64,000 nucleotides of DNA from the NCBI GenBank assembly GCA_031409275.1, contig JANNXA010000009.1:64001-128000 (forward strand), given 5' to 3'. The stretch is from Planctomycetota bacterium (GTDB taxonomy: Bacteria; Planctomycetota; B15-G4; SIAN01). How positions within the stretch are numbered: the stretch's first letter is position 1; the number at the start of each line of letters is the position of its first letter. Under the pieces are notes generated by a model, which worked only from the letters and a program-made list of their open reading frames with translations, was not told the origin of the DNA and did no database searches. This document shows positions 17,511 to 27,266 of the stretch, in pieces. The position numbers and the translations under genes were made by a program.

Positions 17511-19415
17511 TTGGGGAACGACGTCACGCAGGTCGGAAATCCAGATCAGCCGACGACGTTCTCGGCTCTGCGCCGCCTCTTCTTTCTGAACTGGCTGCTG
17601 GCGCTGGCGATCCTCGCATTGCACTTCACTCAAGTGCGTTGGATCGGTCCGGGGACCGTCGCCTTCGTGCTGGCCGCGTGGATCGAGTACGCGGCGCTCT
17701 ACCTGCTGCCGGCGTTCCTGCCCGCGTTGCTGCTCGCGTTCGCGCTGCGCCGGGGCGGGCAGTGGGGAGCGTGGATCGCGCTGACGGTCGCGACGGTGCT
17801 GGCGACGGCGACGCAGCTCGTCCTCTTCGTCGACACGGTCATCTTCCGGATGTACGGCTACCACCTGAACGGCTTCGTCTGGAACCTGCTGTGGACGCCA
17901 GGCGGCATCGCCTCGATGGATGCGGACGGAGCGACGACGCGGTTCGCCTCGATCGTGGTCGCGGCAGTGATCGCGCTCGAAGCGCTCGCGCTGCGGCTCG
18001 CCTGCGGCTTCCCGAAGTTCTGGGCGCGACTGGCGCCGCATCGACCGCGACGCGCGGCCTGGGTCGCCTTCGCGCTGTTCCTGACGATCGGCGTCGGCGA
18101 GCGCCTCGCCTTCGGCTTCGCCAACCTGCTCGACTACCGACCGGTCATCGTCGCGCACGACACCTTCCCGTTCTATCTGCGCACGCGGATCCGCAAGCTC
18201 GCTTCGCGGCTGGGCTACGAGATGCAGCGCGACCTCGAGGTCGACCTCGACGTCGGCTCGGCGAACCTGCGCTATCCGTTGGCGCCGCTCCAAATGCGTC
18301 CCGACCGCAAACGCTGGAACATCGTCTGGCTGGTCGCGGAGTCGTGGCGCGCCGACACCCTCGACGCCGAAGTGATGCCACAGACCAACGCGTTCGCGGA
18401 TCAGGCGTTGCGATTTCGCCAGCACGTCAGCGGCGGCAACGGCACGCGCATGGGCGTCTTCGCGATGTTCTACGGGCTCTACGGCTCGTACTGGTTCCCG
18501 TTCCTGAACGAGGGACGCGGCCCGGTCTTGATCGACCAGCTCCTCACGGACAACTACCAGTTCACGGTGTCCACCAGCGCCAAGTTCACCTTCCCGGAGT
18601 TCGACCGCACGATCTGGTCGAAGCTCCCGCACGAAGATCTCATCGAGGGCGATGAGTCGAAGCGCGGCTGGGAGAACGACCGCGAGCTGGTGAGCCGCAT
18701 GCTGGAGAAGATCGACACGCGCGATCCGCAGCGCCCCTTCTTCACCTTCCACTTCTTCGAGTCGCCGCACGCGCAGTACTGGTTCCCTCCCGAGTCGGTG
18801 ATCCGCACGCCGTACAGCGATGAGATGAACTACGCCACGCTCGATCGCTCCGACATGCCGCTGGTGAAGAACCGCTACCTGAACGCCGTCCATCACCTCG
18901 ACAGCCAGCTCGGCCGCATCTTCGACCACCTCCGCGAACGCAAACTGCTCGACGACACGCTGATCGTCGTCACCGGCGACCACGGCGAGGAGTTCATGGA
19001 GAAGGGTCGCTTCGGCCACCACTCCACCTTCAGCGAGGAGCAGATCCGCACGCCGCTCGTGCTGTGGATCCCGGGTCAGGCGCCGCGCGCGATCGACGAC
19101 ACCTCGAGCCATCTCGATCTCCCGGCGACGGTCCTCCACGTGCTCGGCGCCGTCAACGACCCCGCGGACTACTCGCTCGGCATCGACCTGCTCGGCCCGA
19201 CGCGCCGCGACCATGTGATCGTCGCGGACTGGGACCGGCTCTGCCTGCGCGACGCCCAATGGAAGGGGATCTTCCCGGTCCACCAGCGCGGCTTCCTCGG
19301 CTTCGAAGTCACGACGAAGGACGACGTGCCCGTCGACGACCGCGCCGCGTATCGCGCGGGCCACGTGCGCGAACTGCTCGAAGTGATGCAGGGGTTGGCA
19401 CGCTTCACGCGGTGA
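17511..19415 (+). CDS. YejM/PbgA(LapC)-like membrane protein with sulfatase-like domain
   Basis: About five N-terminal TM helices, then AESWRAD, SGGNGTRMGVFAMFYGL, TGDHGEEF and SHLDLPAT. TTG start follows GGAGG. Confidence 0.8.
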   Translation: MGNDVTQVGNPDQPTTFSALRRLFFLNWLLALAILALHFTQVRWIGPGTVAFVLAAWIEYAALYLLPAFLPALLLAFALRRGGQWGAWIALTVATVLATATQLVLFVDTVIFRMYGYHLNGFVWNLLWTPGGIASMDADGATTRFASIVVAAVIALEALALRLACGFPKFWARLAPHRPRRAAWVAFALFLTIGVGERLAFGFANLLDYRPVIVAHDTFPFYLRTRIRKLASRLGYEMQRDLEVDLDVGSANLRYPLAPLQMRPDRKRWNIVWLVAESWRADTLDAEVMPQTNAFADQALRFRQHVSGGNGTRMGVFAMFYGLYGSYWFPFLNEGRGPVLIDQLLTDNYQFTVSTSAKFTFPEFDRTIWSKLPHEDLIEGDESKRGWENDRELVSRMLEKIDTRDPQRPFFTFHFFESPHAQYWFPPESVIRTPYSDEMNYATLDRSDMPLVKNRYLNAVHHLDSQLGRIFDHLRERKLLDDTLIVVTGDHGEEFMEKGRFGHHSTFSEEQIRTPLVLWIPGQAPRAIDDTSSHLDLPATVLHVLGAVNDPADYSLGIDLLGPTRRDHVIVADWDRLCLRDAQWKGIFPVHQRGFLGFEVTTKDDVPVDDRAAYRAGHVRELLEVMQGLARFTR

Positions 19416-19462
19416 GACGGTCCGCGTACGCTGCGCGCCCCCATCCGCCGCAGGAGCTCGCC

Positions 19463-20365
19463 ATGTCGCTCTCTCGTCTCCGCCTCGTCGCTGGTCTCGC
19501 CGCCGTCGGCTCGCTGGCCGCCGCCACCGTTGCGTTCGCCCCGCGGCCCACGGCTCGCCCCAGCGAACCGGCGCGCATCGGGCAGGCCGCCGCGGCCTCG
19601 TTCGGCGAGAACGCGTGGTGGGATGACGGCAAGGCGGAGCTGTCGCGCTACGCCGCCGAGGAGATCGTCGAAGGCGAGAAACGCGCGTTCACCGCCTGGT
19701 CCGTGATCGTCGCCGAGCACTTCGACCCGAAGCAGATGGTGAAGAAGGAGGGCTACGACGCCGCCTACGTGCCGGTGCTGAAGTGCAACTGGTTCCTCCA
19801 CATCCCGACCGGCGTCTACGCCTACCAGCAGATGGCGTCGCTCTTCCTGCGGCGCGCCGACAGTCTGGTGATGAAGGCCGCCTTCTCGAGCCAGGAGTGG
19901 TGCGGGATGACGTTCGCCGAGTGGCGTCGTGATCAGGATGGCCTCGCGGCCCACTCGTACTGGGATGGCGAAGCGGACCAGCGCTACGAGCTGCCGGAGC
20001 TCGCCACCAACACGCTCTTCTACGAGCAGCTGCCGTTGTGGATCCGCGGCCGCCATCCCGAGCGCGCCCGCACCGAGCCGATCACGCTGATCCGCAAGCG
20101 AATCGCCACGTCGAAGTGCCCGCCCCCGAAGTTGGTCGCCGCCGCGATCTGGTTCGACGGCGTGAAGGACGACGCCACGGGCAAGCGCCTCGAAGCGCGC
20201 CTGCTGATCGACAAGGAGATGGACACCTTCGTCTTCGAGCCCGACTTCCCGCACGTAATGCGCGAGTGGCGCCGCAACGACGGCACCGTGTGGAAGCTCG
20301 AGAAGAGCGCCCGCCTCGACTACTGGAAGTTCAGCAAGAACGAGTTCAGCGAACTGCTGAAGTAG
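19463..20365 (+). CDS. Conserved hypothetical secreted protein
   Basis: Signal peptide and AGGAG RBS. Motifs WDDGKAELSRY, PVLKCN, TGVYAY and SSQEWCG match an uncharacterised family I recognise. Confidence 0.7.
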   Translation: MSLSRLRLVAGLAAVGSLAAATVAFAPRPTARPSEPARIGQAAAASFGENAWWDDGKAELSRYAAEEIVEGEKRAFTAWSVIVAEHFDPKQMVKKEGYDAAYVPVLKCNWFLHIPTGVYAYQQMASLFLRRADSLVMKAAFSSQEWCGMTFAEWRRDQDGLAAHSYWDGEADQRYELPELATNTLFYEQLPLWIRGRHPERARTEPITLIRKRIATSKCPPPKLVAAAIWFDGVKDDATGKRLEARLLIDKEMDTFVFEPDFPHVMREWRRNDGTVWKLEKSARLDYWKFSKNEFSELLK

Positions 20366-20388
20366 CTCCGCCGAAGGAAACGGCGGAG
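20366..20388. terminator. Hairpin between convergent genes
   Basis: CTCCGCCG-aaggaaa-CGGCGGAG. Confidence 0.5.
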
Positions 20389-20397
20389 GGAGCGGCT

Positions 20398-22359
20398 CTA
20401 CTTCGCGATCCGGCAGAACGGCGATGCGGGCAGTCCGGCGCCGTTGAAGAGGTTGGGCGCGCAGGTGTCGGCGAAGCCGAAGCGGACGTCCGTCGGCTGC
20501 GCGACCGCGACGCAACGCACGACCACCGTCTCGCCATCGACGGTCGCCTGCGCGGGATGCCACACCCCATCGGCACCGCACAGCTCGAAGTCGGTCAACG
20601 CGCCGTCCTTGGCGACGAGCCCGGCGGCGTGGGTGAAGCGGACGCGGACGGCATCGCGCTCGACGGCGTGCGAGGCGTAGAGCGGGCCGCTCCATTCGCC
20701 GACGTCGCGCTTGTAGGTCTGGCTCAGCGCCCACAGCGCGAGGCGACGCCCAACCTCCTGTTTGTTGGCCGGGTGGATGTTGCCACCGTCGCCGATGTCC
20801 ATCGTCACCGCCATGCCGGTGTTGGGCACGGCGAGCGTCTCGAACTGCGCCTGGCGCAGCTCCGCCGTGGCGCGGCGCGAGCCGTCGTAGTTGTAGGGCG
20901 CGATCTGCACGAAGAGGAACGGGAAGGCGGGACGCTCGAACTGGGCGCGCCAGTCGGCGATCAGCCCCTTCATCAGCGCGAGGTACTCGGTCGGTAGCCC
21001 GCGATTGCTCTCCCCCTGGTACCAGAGCGCGCCACGGATGCCGAAGGGGACAATCGGCGCCACGAGGCCGTTCCACAGCACCGACGCGACGTTGGGGTGG
21101 AGCTGGGCGCCGGCATTGGGCAGCGGCGGCAGGCCATCGGCCGCGCAGCCGAGCCGGCGCTTCCAGGGGCCGGAGAGCGTGACGCTCGCGACCGCCTTTC
21201 CATCGCGGTGCGCCGCGACGGTCACCCCCTCCTTGCCGACGCCCGCGATGCCACCACCGCCGCCGGTGTCGACGACGCGCACCGCCAGGACGTGGCGAGC
21301 CGGCGTCGTCAGCTGCGCGGGAATCGTGTAGCTGCGCGCTTCGTTCCAGCGACCGTGCACCTCGACGCCGCCGATCTTCTGGCCATCGAAGAAGACCTGA
21401 TCCATGTCGTCGATGGCGCCGAGCGACAACACGAGCTCCTGACCCACGAACTCGTGCGGCAGCGTCTCGAACGTCCGGCGATACCACACCGAGCCGTCGA
21501 CGTTCTCCATCCCCACGAACGCGTCAGGGACGGCCACGTCGCTCCAGCCCGAGTCATTGAATCCGGGCGCTGCCCAGCCGTTCTTCGCGCCGAGGTCCTT
21601 CTCGTCGAGCGCCGCCCAATAGCCGGCCCATGCGTTCGCCACGGCGTCGTTGCCGCCTTTCGCTGCAGCCGCCTCGCTCGCGACCCAATCGAGCTCCGGC
21701 TGCAGGCGCGGGAACGTGGCGAGCGCTTCGCGTCGCATCCACGCCTGCGCCACGGTTCCGCCCCAGTTGACGCCGATCAGCCCGACCGGCACGCCGAGCT
21801 CGCGACGCAGTTCTCGCGCGAAGAACCAGCCGACGCAGCTGAAGCCATTCACGCTCTCGGGAGTCGCCGGCATCCAGCTCGCCTCGCAATCGGCCAGCGG
21901 AGCCGCAGCGACGACGTTCGGCACGTCGAACAACCGCACCTGCGGATCGCTCGCCGCCGCGCGTTCTTCTTCAGCGTTGGCGACACCGCCGTAGGCGAAC
22001 GCCCACTCCATGTTCGACTGACCGCCGCACAGCCACACTTCGCCGACCAGCACGTCCTCGAGCACCAGCGTGTTCTTGCCGGTGACGGTGATCTGGCTGC
22101 CCTGCTCGCTCGCCTTCGGGGTCTTGAGCAGCGTCTTGAAGCGGCCATCGGCTCCGGCCGTCGTCTTCGCCGATTCGCCCCAGCTCGCCTTCACGGTCAC
22201 CGCTTCGCCCGGATCGGCCCACCCCCAGATCGCCACCTCGCTCTTCTCCTGCACCACCATGTGCGAGCCGAGGATGTGGGGCAGCCGGACGTCGGCCACG
22301 GCGAGCGGCGCCGAGAACGCAAGGGCGGAAGGAAGCAGCAACGCGCGCGGGTGGACCAT
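20398..22359 (-). CDS. Sialate O-acetylesterase (SASA) family protein
   Basis: Motifs GEVWLCGGQSNME, WGGT, WYQGESN and NIHPANKQEVGRRLA, with a signal peptide and an inserted sugar-binding domain. Confidence 0.9.
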   Translation of the reverse strand: MVHPRALLLPSALAFSAPLAVADVRLPHILGSHMVVQEKSEVAIWGWADPGEAVTVKASWGESAKTTAGADGRFKTLLKTPKASEQGSQITVTGKNTLVLEDVLVGEVWLCGGQSNMEWAFAYGGVANAEEERAAASDPQVRLFDVPNVVAAAPLADCEASWMPATPESVNGFSCVGWFFARELRRELGVPVGLIGVNWGGTVAQAWMRREALATFPRLQPELDWVASEAAAAKGGNDAVANAWAGYWAALDEKDLGAKNGWAAPGFNDSGWSDVAVPDAFVGMENVDGSVWYRRTFETLPHEFVGQELVLSLGAIDDMDQVFFDGQKIGGVEVHGRWNEARSYTIPAQLTTPARHVLAVRVVDTGGGGGIAGVGKEGVTVAAHRDGKAVASVTLSGPWKRRLGCAADGLPPLPNAGAQLHPNVASVLWNGLVAPIVPFGIRGALWYQGESNRGLPTEYLALMKGLIADWRAQFERPAFPFLFVQIAPYNYDGSRRATAELRQAQFETLAVPNTGMAVTMDIGDGGNIHPANKQEVGRRLALWALSQTYKRDVGEWSGPLYASHAVERDAVRVRFTHAAGLVAKDGALTDFELCGADGVWHPAQATVDGETVVVRCVAVAQPTDVRFGFADTCAPNLFNGAGLPASPFCRIAK

Positions 22360-22470
22360 TTCGCTTCTCCTGCGAAGACCATCGGTTCACCAAGGTTGCC
22401 CGCGCGCGCCCGCGATCGCCAGCGCTCGATCGAACGCGCTTGGCGGGTCGCACCCAGCTTCGGGCGGCGG

Positions 22471-23514
22471 CTACTTCACGGCGGCTTGCTTGAACCGCTT
22501 CGTGAGCGTCGTCGCGGAGGTCATTCGATCGAGCAGCTCGGGGGCTGCGACGTCCGGCAGGTAGAGCGCGATCGCGGGTGCCGCGGCGATCCCGATCGAC
22601 TGCGCCAGCGTCGCGTGGTCCGCCTCGGCGCGGTCGAGGCGAAGCAGCGTCCAGCCCGAGGCCGCCTTGGCGGCATCGGCCGAGCAGAGGACCTCCTTCT
22701 CGAACTTGCGCGCGGCCGCAACTTCGGCCTTCGCCTTGGCGTCGTCCCCTTCGCGCGTCTCGCGGCCGACGTAGACCGCGACTGGAGTCCCCGACTTGCG
22801 TGCCTGCTCGAGCTCGTCACAGGTCACGCGCCGATCACTGCCGCCGCCGGTCGCGCGTACGGTCGCTCCGACGAACGGCACCAGGGTCCTGGGATGGGCG
22901 CGATCCCACGCATCAGCGTGCTTGGTCAGCCAGCGCACCAACTGCTTGGGCTGATGAGCGTCGGCATCGGACGCGCGCTCGATCACCTTGCCGTCGCTGG
23001 CGACGACGAAGACCTGGGCCGACGGGTCATCACTAGCCCGCTTTATTCATGAGCCCCGTAGCGAGGCGACGGGATGTTGGCGCAGGACGAGGAGGGAAAT
23101 CGCGGCTCCGACGATGCGGGTCTGCTGACCCGCTGAGGAAGGAACGCGGTTTTCCGACGATGTCATGCGCCGACAGACCGAGCCGCAGCAGGGACTCGTG
23201 AACAAGGCGGGCGAGTGCCGCCGTGCTGTTGGGTCCACGGGATGACCTTGCCGTTCAGTCCGTCGTAGAGCCACTCCACCGGCTCGAAACGCAGCGCGAT
23301 CTTCGCGAAGTCGGCGTCGGCCTGGACTTGGGTCACGCCAGGTCTTGCAGGTGGCTCATTGCTCGTTGGACCAGGCGGTCGCCACGAGCAGCGCCTTCCC
23401 GCTCTTGCGCGCGGCGACTACGCCATCGTCGAGCGTCTTGTGCCACCCCGGCGGAGCGGCCGCAGGAAGCACCCAACAGAGGAGCGCGAAACCTGAAGCG
23501 AACCACTTCGACAT
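22471..23514 (-). pseudogene. Secreted thioredoxin-fold selenoprotein (UxxC), disrupted by a MITE and a 1-bp frameshift
   Basis: Reads MSKW...WHKTLDDGVVAARKSGKALLVATAWSNEQ-TGA-ATCKTWRD, frameshifts at about 23331, then QVQADADF...HGGT|MITE|SDDPSAQVFVV. The reconstruction is 287 aa. Confidence 0.75.
23036..23212 (-). mobile_element. MITE-like palindromic element, copy 1 (177 bp)
   Basis: Imperfect TIRs GCCCGCTTTATTCATGAG / CTCGTGAACAAGGCGGGC. Inserted at the TA of ACTAGT, with one TA copy altered to GA. Homologous to 52632-52809. Confidence 0.85.
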
Positions 23515-23592
23515 GACGCTCTCCGCGACCTCGCACGCACGCGTCGCCACGACCGCGAACGATCCTACGCGCGTCCTTCTAGACTGCGGCGC

Positions 23593-25749
23593 ATGGTCGT
23601 CGAACGCCGCGTCATCACTACTGCGGTCGCTCTCGTTGCCGCGTTATGCGGCATTGCCTCGCCGCACAACGTGCGCAGCGCTGCCGCCCAAGACGCCACC
23701 GGCGCGGCCAGCCTCGCCGAGCGCGTCAACCACGCCATCGACGCTGGCGTGGCCTGGTTGAAGTCGGTCCAGCGCGACGACGGCCACTTTCCCTGCGACC
23801 ACTGGTCGCAGGACGGATCGACGGCGCTCTGCACGTATGCGTTGCTCAAGTCGGGCGTGCTCGCGAGCGACCCCGCGGTCGTGAAGGCGATGGCCGTGCT
23901 GCACTACGCGCCCTTCGTCAGCACCTACGCGACCGCGGTCCGCATCGCGATGTTCGATGCGCACGGCGGCGCCGATCTCGACGAGCCGATCCGCGGCGCC
24001 GCCAAGTGGCTCGAGGAGCACCAACAGGAGAGCGGCCTCTGGGCCTATCCCGATCGGCAGCAGGACCTCTCCAACACGCAGTACGCGGCGCTCGGGCTGT
24101 GGATCGCGGCGCGTCACGGCTACGAGACGAAGCGTGAGACGTGGGCCAGACTGCTGAAGGAGCTGCTGCGACTTCAGTCCGAGGATGGCGGCTTTGGCTA
24201 CCGCGAGGGCGACGAGACGACCGGCAGCATGACCACCGCCGGCATCGCGATCGTCCACCTCGCCGTCGCCGCGCTCGAAGGCGACTCGCGCTACGGCTCG
24301 ACGCGCCAGAAGGGCAACGCCGCGCTCGAACGCGCCTGGCAGTGGCTGATCGACCGCTTCACGGTCGAGGGCAATCCCAACGGCGCGCGCGTCGTCTCGA
24401 ATGGCAACCATCTCTACTACCTCTTCGGGCTCGAGCGGGTGGCCGCGATCGGCGCGCGCAAGAAGATCGGCGACCACGACTGGTACGCGGAGGGCGCTCG
24501 CCATCTGGTGCGCACCCAAAGACCCGACGGCCAATGGTTCACCCCTGACGCGACGAGCTTCGCGCTGCTGTTCCTGCGCCGCGCCACGTTCACCGGCATG
24601 ACGCATGTCGAGCAGGACGCTCCCGTCGGCGGTCCGATCAGCGGCGAGCCGCAGCGCCCCGGCCCGCTCGCGCCCTTCCTGCGCCGTTGGTTGGTGGCGG
24701 GCCCGCTCGCCGATCCGAAGGACACGCTGCTGGAGGAGGCCTACGCGGGCGAAGCGACGGTCGAGCCGAAGGTGGGCAGTTCATTTCGCGGCAAGAGCTG
24801 GCGCGAGGTGCGCGAGCTCGATGATTTCGTCGGCTTCGGCGTCGACGATCGGCCGGGCGACCGCACGCTCTCCTACGCCTTCACCTGGCTGCACGTCGCT
24901 GAGCCGTTCCGCGGCGGGCTGTGGGTCGGCGCGAACGACGGCGTGGTGGTGCAGCTCGATGGGGCGACGGTCCTGTCGAAGCATGTCCACCAGGAGCTGC
25001 CGCGCGATCGCGTGAACACGCCGATCACGCTGGCACCCGGCATCCATCGCCTGCTGGTCAAAGTCGAGAACGAGCGCGACGACAGCGGCTTCACGCTTCG
25101 TTTCGCCAACGAGGATGGCACCGCCGCGCGACAGGTGAAGCCGTCGCTGAGCAAGAGCGATCCGCAACTCGCCGCCGCGGCTTTGGCGACGCCGGGCCTC
25201 TTCAAGCTCGAAGAGCTCGCGACGTTGCTGCCGCTGCTGCCGCGCCGATCGATCGACTTCAAATCGGCGAAGGACCTCGAGCTGCTGGCGTTCGATCGCA
25301 ACGGCGTATCGGGCGACGACCGCTACCCGCAATGGCTGGACGTCCCCGCGAAGAAGCCGGGCTCTCCCCACCCCGGCGCGCGCGGCGTGCTCGCGCTCCA
25401 CCCCATCACCGAGAAGGTCGCCACCCGACTGATCTTCCGTGTCGCGGTGCCGGCCGGCGCTCCGAAGCTCAAGCTCCGCGTCAGCTCGGAAGCGTACGGC
25501 GACGCGGCGCGCGCCGACTTCATCCTGCGCGTCGGCCTCTTCGGCGAGGCGCTCGAGTGGTTGCACGAGTCGACCATCGGCCCTTCGCCGACTCCATCCG
25601 CACCGGCCGCGAGCGGCTGGCGCGACGTCGAGATCGACCTCTCCGCGCATGCCGGCAGCGAACGGCTGGTCGTGATCGAGTGCGACGCCGGTGGCGGCGC
25701 ACCATGGAGTTTCGAGCACGCCTTCTTCGACGAGATCTCGCTGCGATGA
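23593..25749 (+). CDS. Prenyltransferase/squalene-cyclase-repeat secreted protein with C-terminal beta-sandwich domains
   Basis: QW-like repeats (VQRDDGHF, QQESGLW, QSEDGGFGY, QRPDGQW), DLSNTQYA and YYLFGLERV, plus a PA14-like segment. TAGACT lies 7 nt before the ATG. Confidence 0.75.
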   Translation: MVVERRVITTAVALVAALCGIASPHNVRSAAAQDATGAASLAERVNHAIDAGVAWLKSVQRDDGHFPCDHWSQDGSTALCTYALLKSGVLASDPAVVKAMAVLHYAPFVSTYATAVRIAMFDAHGGADLDEPIRGAAKWLEEHQQESGLWAYPDRQQDLSNTQYAALGLWIAARHGYETKRETWARLLKELLRLQSEDGGFGYREGDETTGSMTTAGIAIVHLAVAALEGDSRYGSTRQKGNAALERAWQWLIDRFTVEGNPNGARVVSNGNHLYYLFGLERVAAIGARKKIGDHDWYAEGARHLVRTQRPDGQWFTPDATSFALLFLRRATFTGMTHVEQDAPVGGPISGEPQRPGPLAPFLRRWLVAGPLADPKDTLLEEAYAGEATVEPKVGSSFRGKSWREVRELDDFVGFGVDDRPGDRTLSYAFTWLHVAEPFRGGLWVGANDGVVVQLDGATVLSKHVHQELPRDRVNTPITLAPGIHRLLVKVENERDDSGFTLRFANEDGTAARQVKPSLSKSDPQLAAAALATPGLFKLEELATLLPLLPRRSIDFKSAKDLELLAFDRNGVSGDDRYPQWLDVPAKKPGSPHPGARGVLALHPITEKVATRLIFRVAVPAGAPKLKLRVSSEAYGDAARADFILRVGLFGEALEWLHESTIGPSPTPSAPAASGWRDVEIDLSAHAGSERLVVIECDAGGGAPWSFEHAFFDEISLR

Positions 25750-27179
25750 ACCCCGCCACCCGCCCCGCCCACCACAAGACCGCGATGCTGCTGATGGGCG
25801 GCGTCGTGATCATCGTCGCCGCGACCTTCGCCGCCTTCCTCGGCGCGAAAGGGTGCACGCCGACACCGCCGCCCGCGCTCGTGATCGCGCGCGACACGAC
25901 CTGGTTCACCGCGCCGCTGCTGCCCGACGGCGGCATCGACTATCCCGGCGCGCTCGGCGCCGAGTTCGCGAGTCGCGGCGTCGATGCCACGAACAACGGC
26001 GCGCCGCTGCTGCAACAGGCGCTCGCGCAGTTCGTCGATCCGTGGAGCCATGCGACCGCACGCGCTGAAGCGGGGATCGATGGGAGCAAGCTCGGCGGAG
26101 CCATCGACGCGGCCATCGCGGCCATGCAGCGCGGCGAGACGGCCGGACCGGACGCGACCTTCCTTCAGCCCTGGCTCGACGCCAGCGAATCGGCGCTGGC
26201 GCTCGCGGCGAAGGCGGCGTTGCAACCCCACTGCCTGGTGGCGCCCACGGGCCTGCTCCTCGAGCGGGCCGATCCGTTCCCTGCGCTGCCCGCGTTGACA
26301 CTCGCGTTCGAGCTGCGTCTGGCGCAGGCCGCGGCGCGCGGCTCCCAGGAGTCCGCGCTCGCCGACGCCCGAACCGCGCTCGCGTTGGCGCGCATCGTCG
26401 CTCCTCCGCCCACGTTCGGGGCGCAAGCGCTGGCGCTCGAACGCGAAGCGGGCACGCTCGCGCAACTGTGCCGCAGCGCCCGCGGCGCGACTCCGCTTCC
26501 GGCCGCGACGTTGCTGGCGCAGGCGGAGCTCCAACCGGCGAGCGGCGCCGGTGACAGCGCGCTGCGCGAGGCGCTCTTGGCGGCACGAATCGAAGTGCTC
26601 GACCAGCTCACGGCTGCCTGGCGCGGGCGCGCCGAGATCGGCCCCGATCCGCAAGACGGCAGCGCCGAGGCGGGCCAGGAACACGCTCGTGCTGCCAGCG
26701 CGGTGGGCCAGGCGCTTGCCGTGGCCGACCCCAATCCCGTCTTCCGCCACGCCAACGAGCGCTTCGACGCGCTCGATGCGGCGCTGCTCGGCAGCGATCG
26801 GCCGCTTCCGGCGCGCCTCGACGCCTTCCTCGCCCGGCTCGACGAGCTGCTCGCCGACGGCCGGCCGCTGCCACCGCAGCGCACCGGTCCGCTCGGTCGC
26901 GCGCTCCTTTCGGCCGATCAGCTCGCCGAGCATGTCGTCGACGTGCTGCTCGGCGCCGCCGCGGCGCGCCTCGAGGCCGAGCTGCTCGACTGGATGGCGC
27001 AGGTGGTCGCATGCGAATCGTCGCTGGCGGAGCTCGCGACGCTGGCCGACGCGCCGCGCCGACGCGACCGCCTCCTGGGCGAGCCGTTGACCGCGACGAT
27101 GCGCGAAGACGGGAACTGCGAAGTCACGGGCGCGCTGCTCGAGCTGCGCGCTGACCTGCAGCGCCGTCGCAGCCGCTGA
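25746..27179 (+). CDS. Hypothetical membrane-anchored protein
   Basis: ATGA overlap with the upstream gene, an N-terminal TM helix and the motif DTTWFTAPLLPDGGIDY...NNGA. Confidence 0.6.
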   Translation: MNPATRPAHHKTAMLLMGGVVIIVAATFAAFLGAKGCTPTPPPALVIARDTTWFTAPLLPDGGIDYPGALGAEFASRGVDATNNGAPLLQQALAQFVDPWSHATARAEAGIDGSKLGGAIDAAIAAMQRGETAGPDATFLQPWLDASESALALAAKAALQPHCLVAPTGLLLERADPFPALPALTLAFELRLAQAAARGSQESALADARTALALARIVAPPPTFGAQALALEREAGTLAQLCRSARGATPLPAATLLAQAELQPASGAGDSALREALLAARIEVLDQLTAAWRGRAEIGPDPQDGSAEAGQEHARAASAVGQALAVADPNPVFRHANERFDALDAALLGSDRPLPARLDAFLARLDELLADGRPLPPQRTGPLGRALLSADQLAEHVVDVLLGAAAARLEAELLDWMAQVVACESSLAELATLADAPRRRDRLLGEPLTATMREDGNCEVTGALLELRADLQRRRSR

Positions 27180-27266
27180 GCTCCGTCGCCCGCGCGCTGC
27201 GACGCAGCGGCATCGCACGGCGCGCTATCCTCGCGCCGCTACACGCCGCAACGGAGCCACGCCCTC

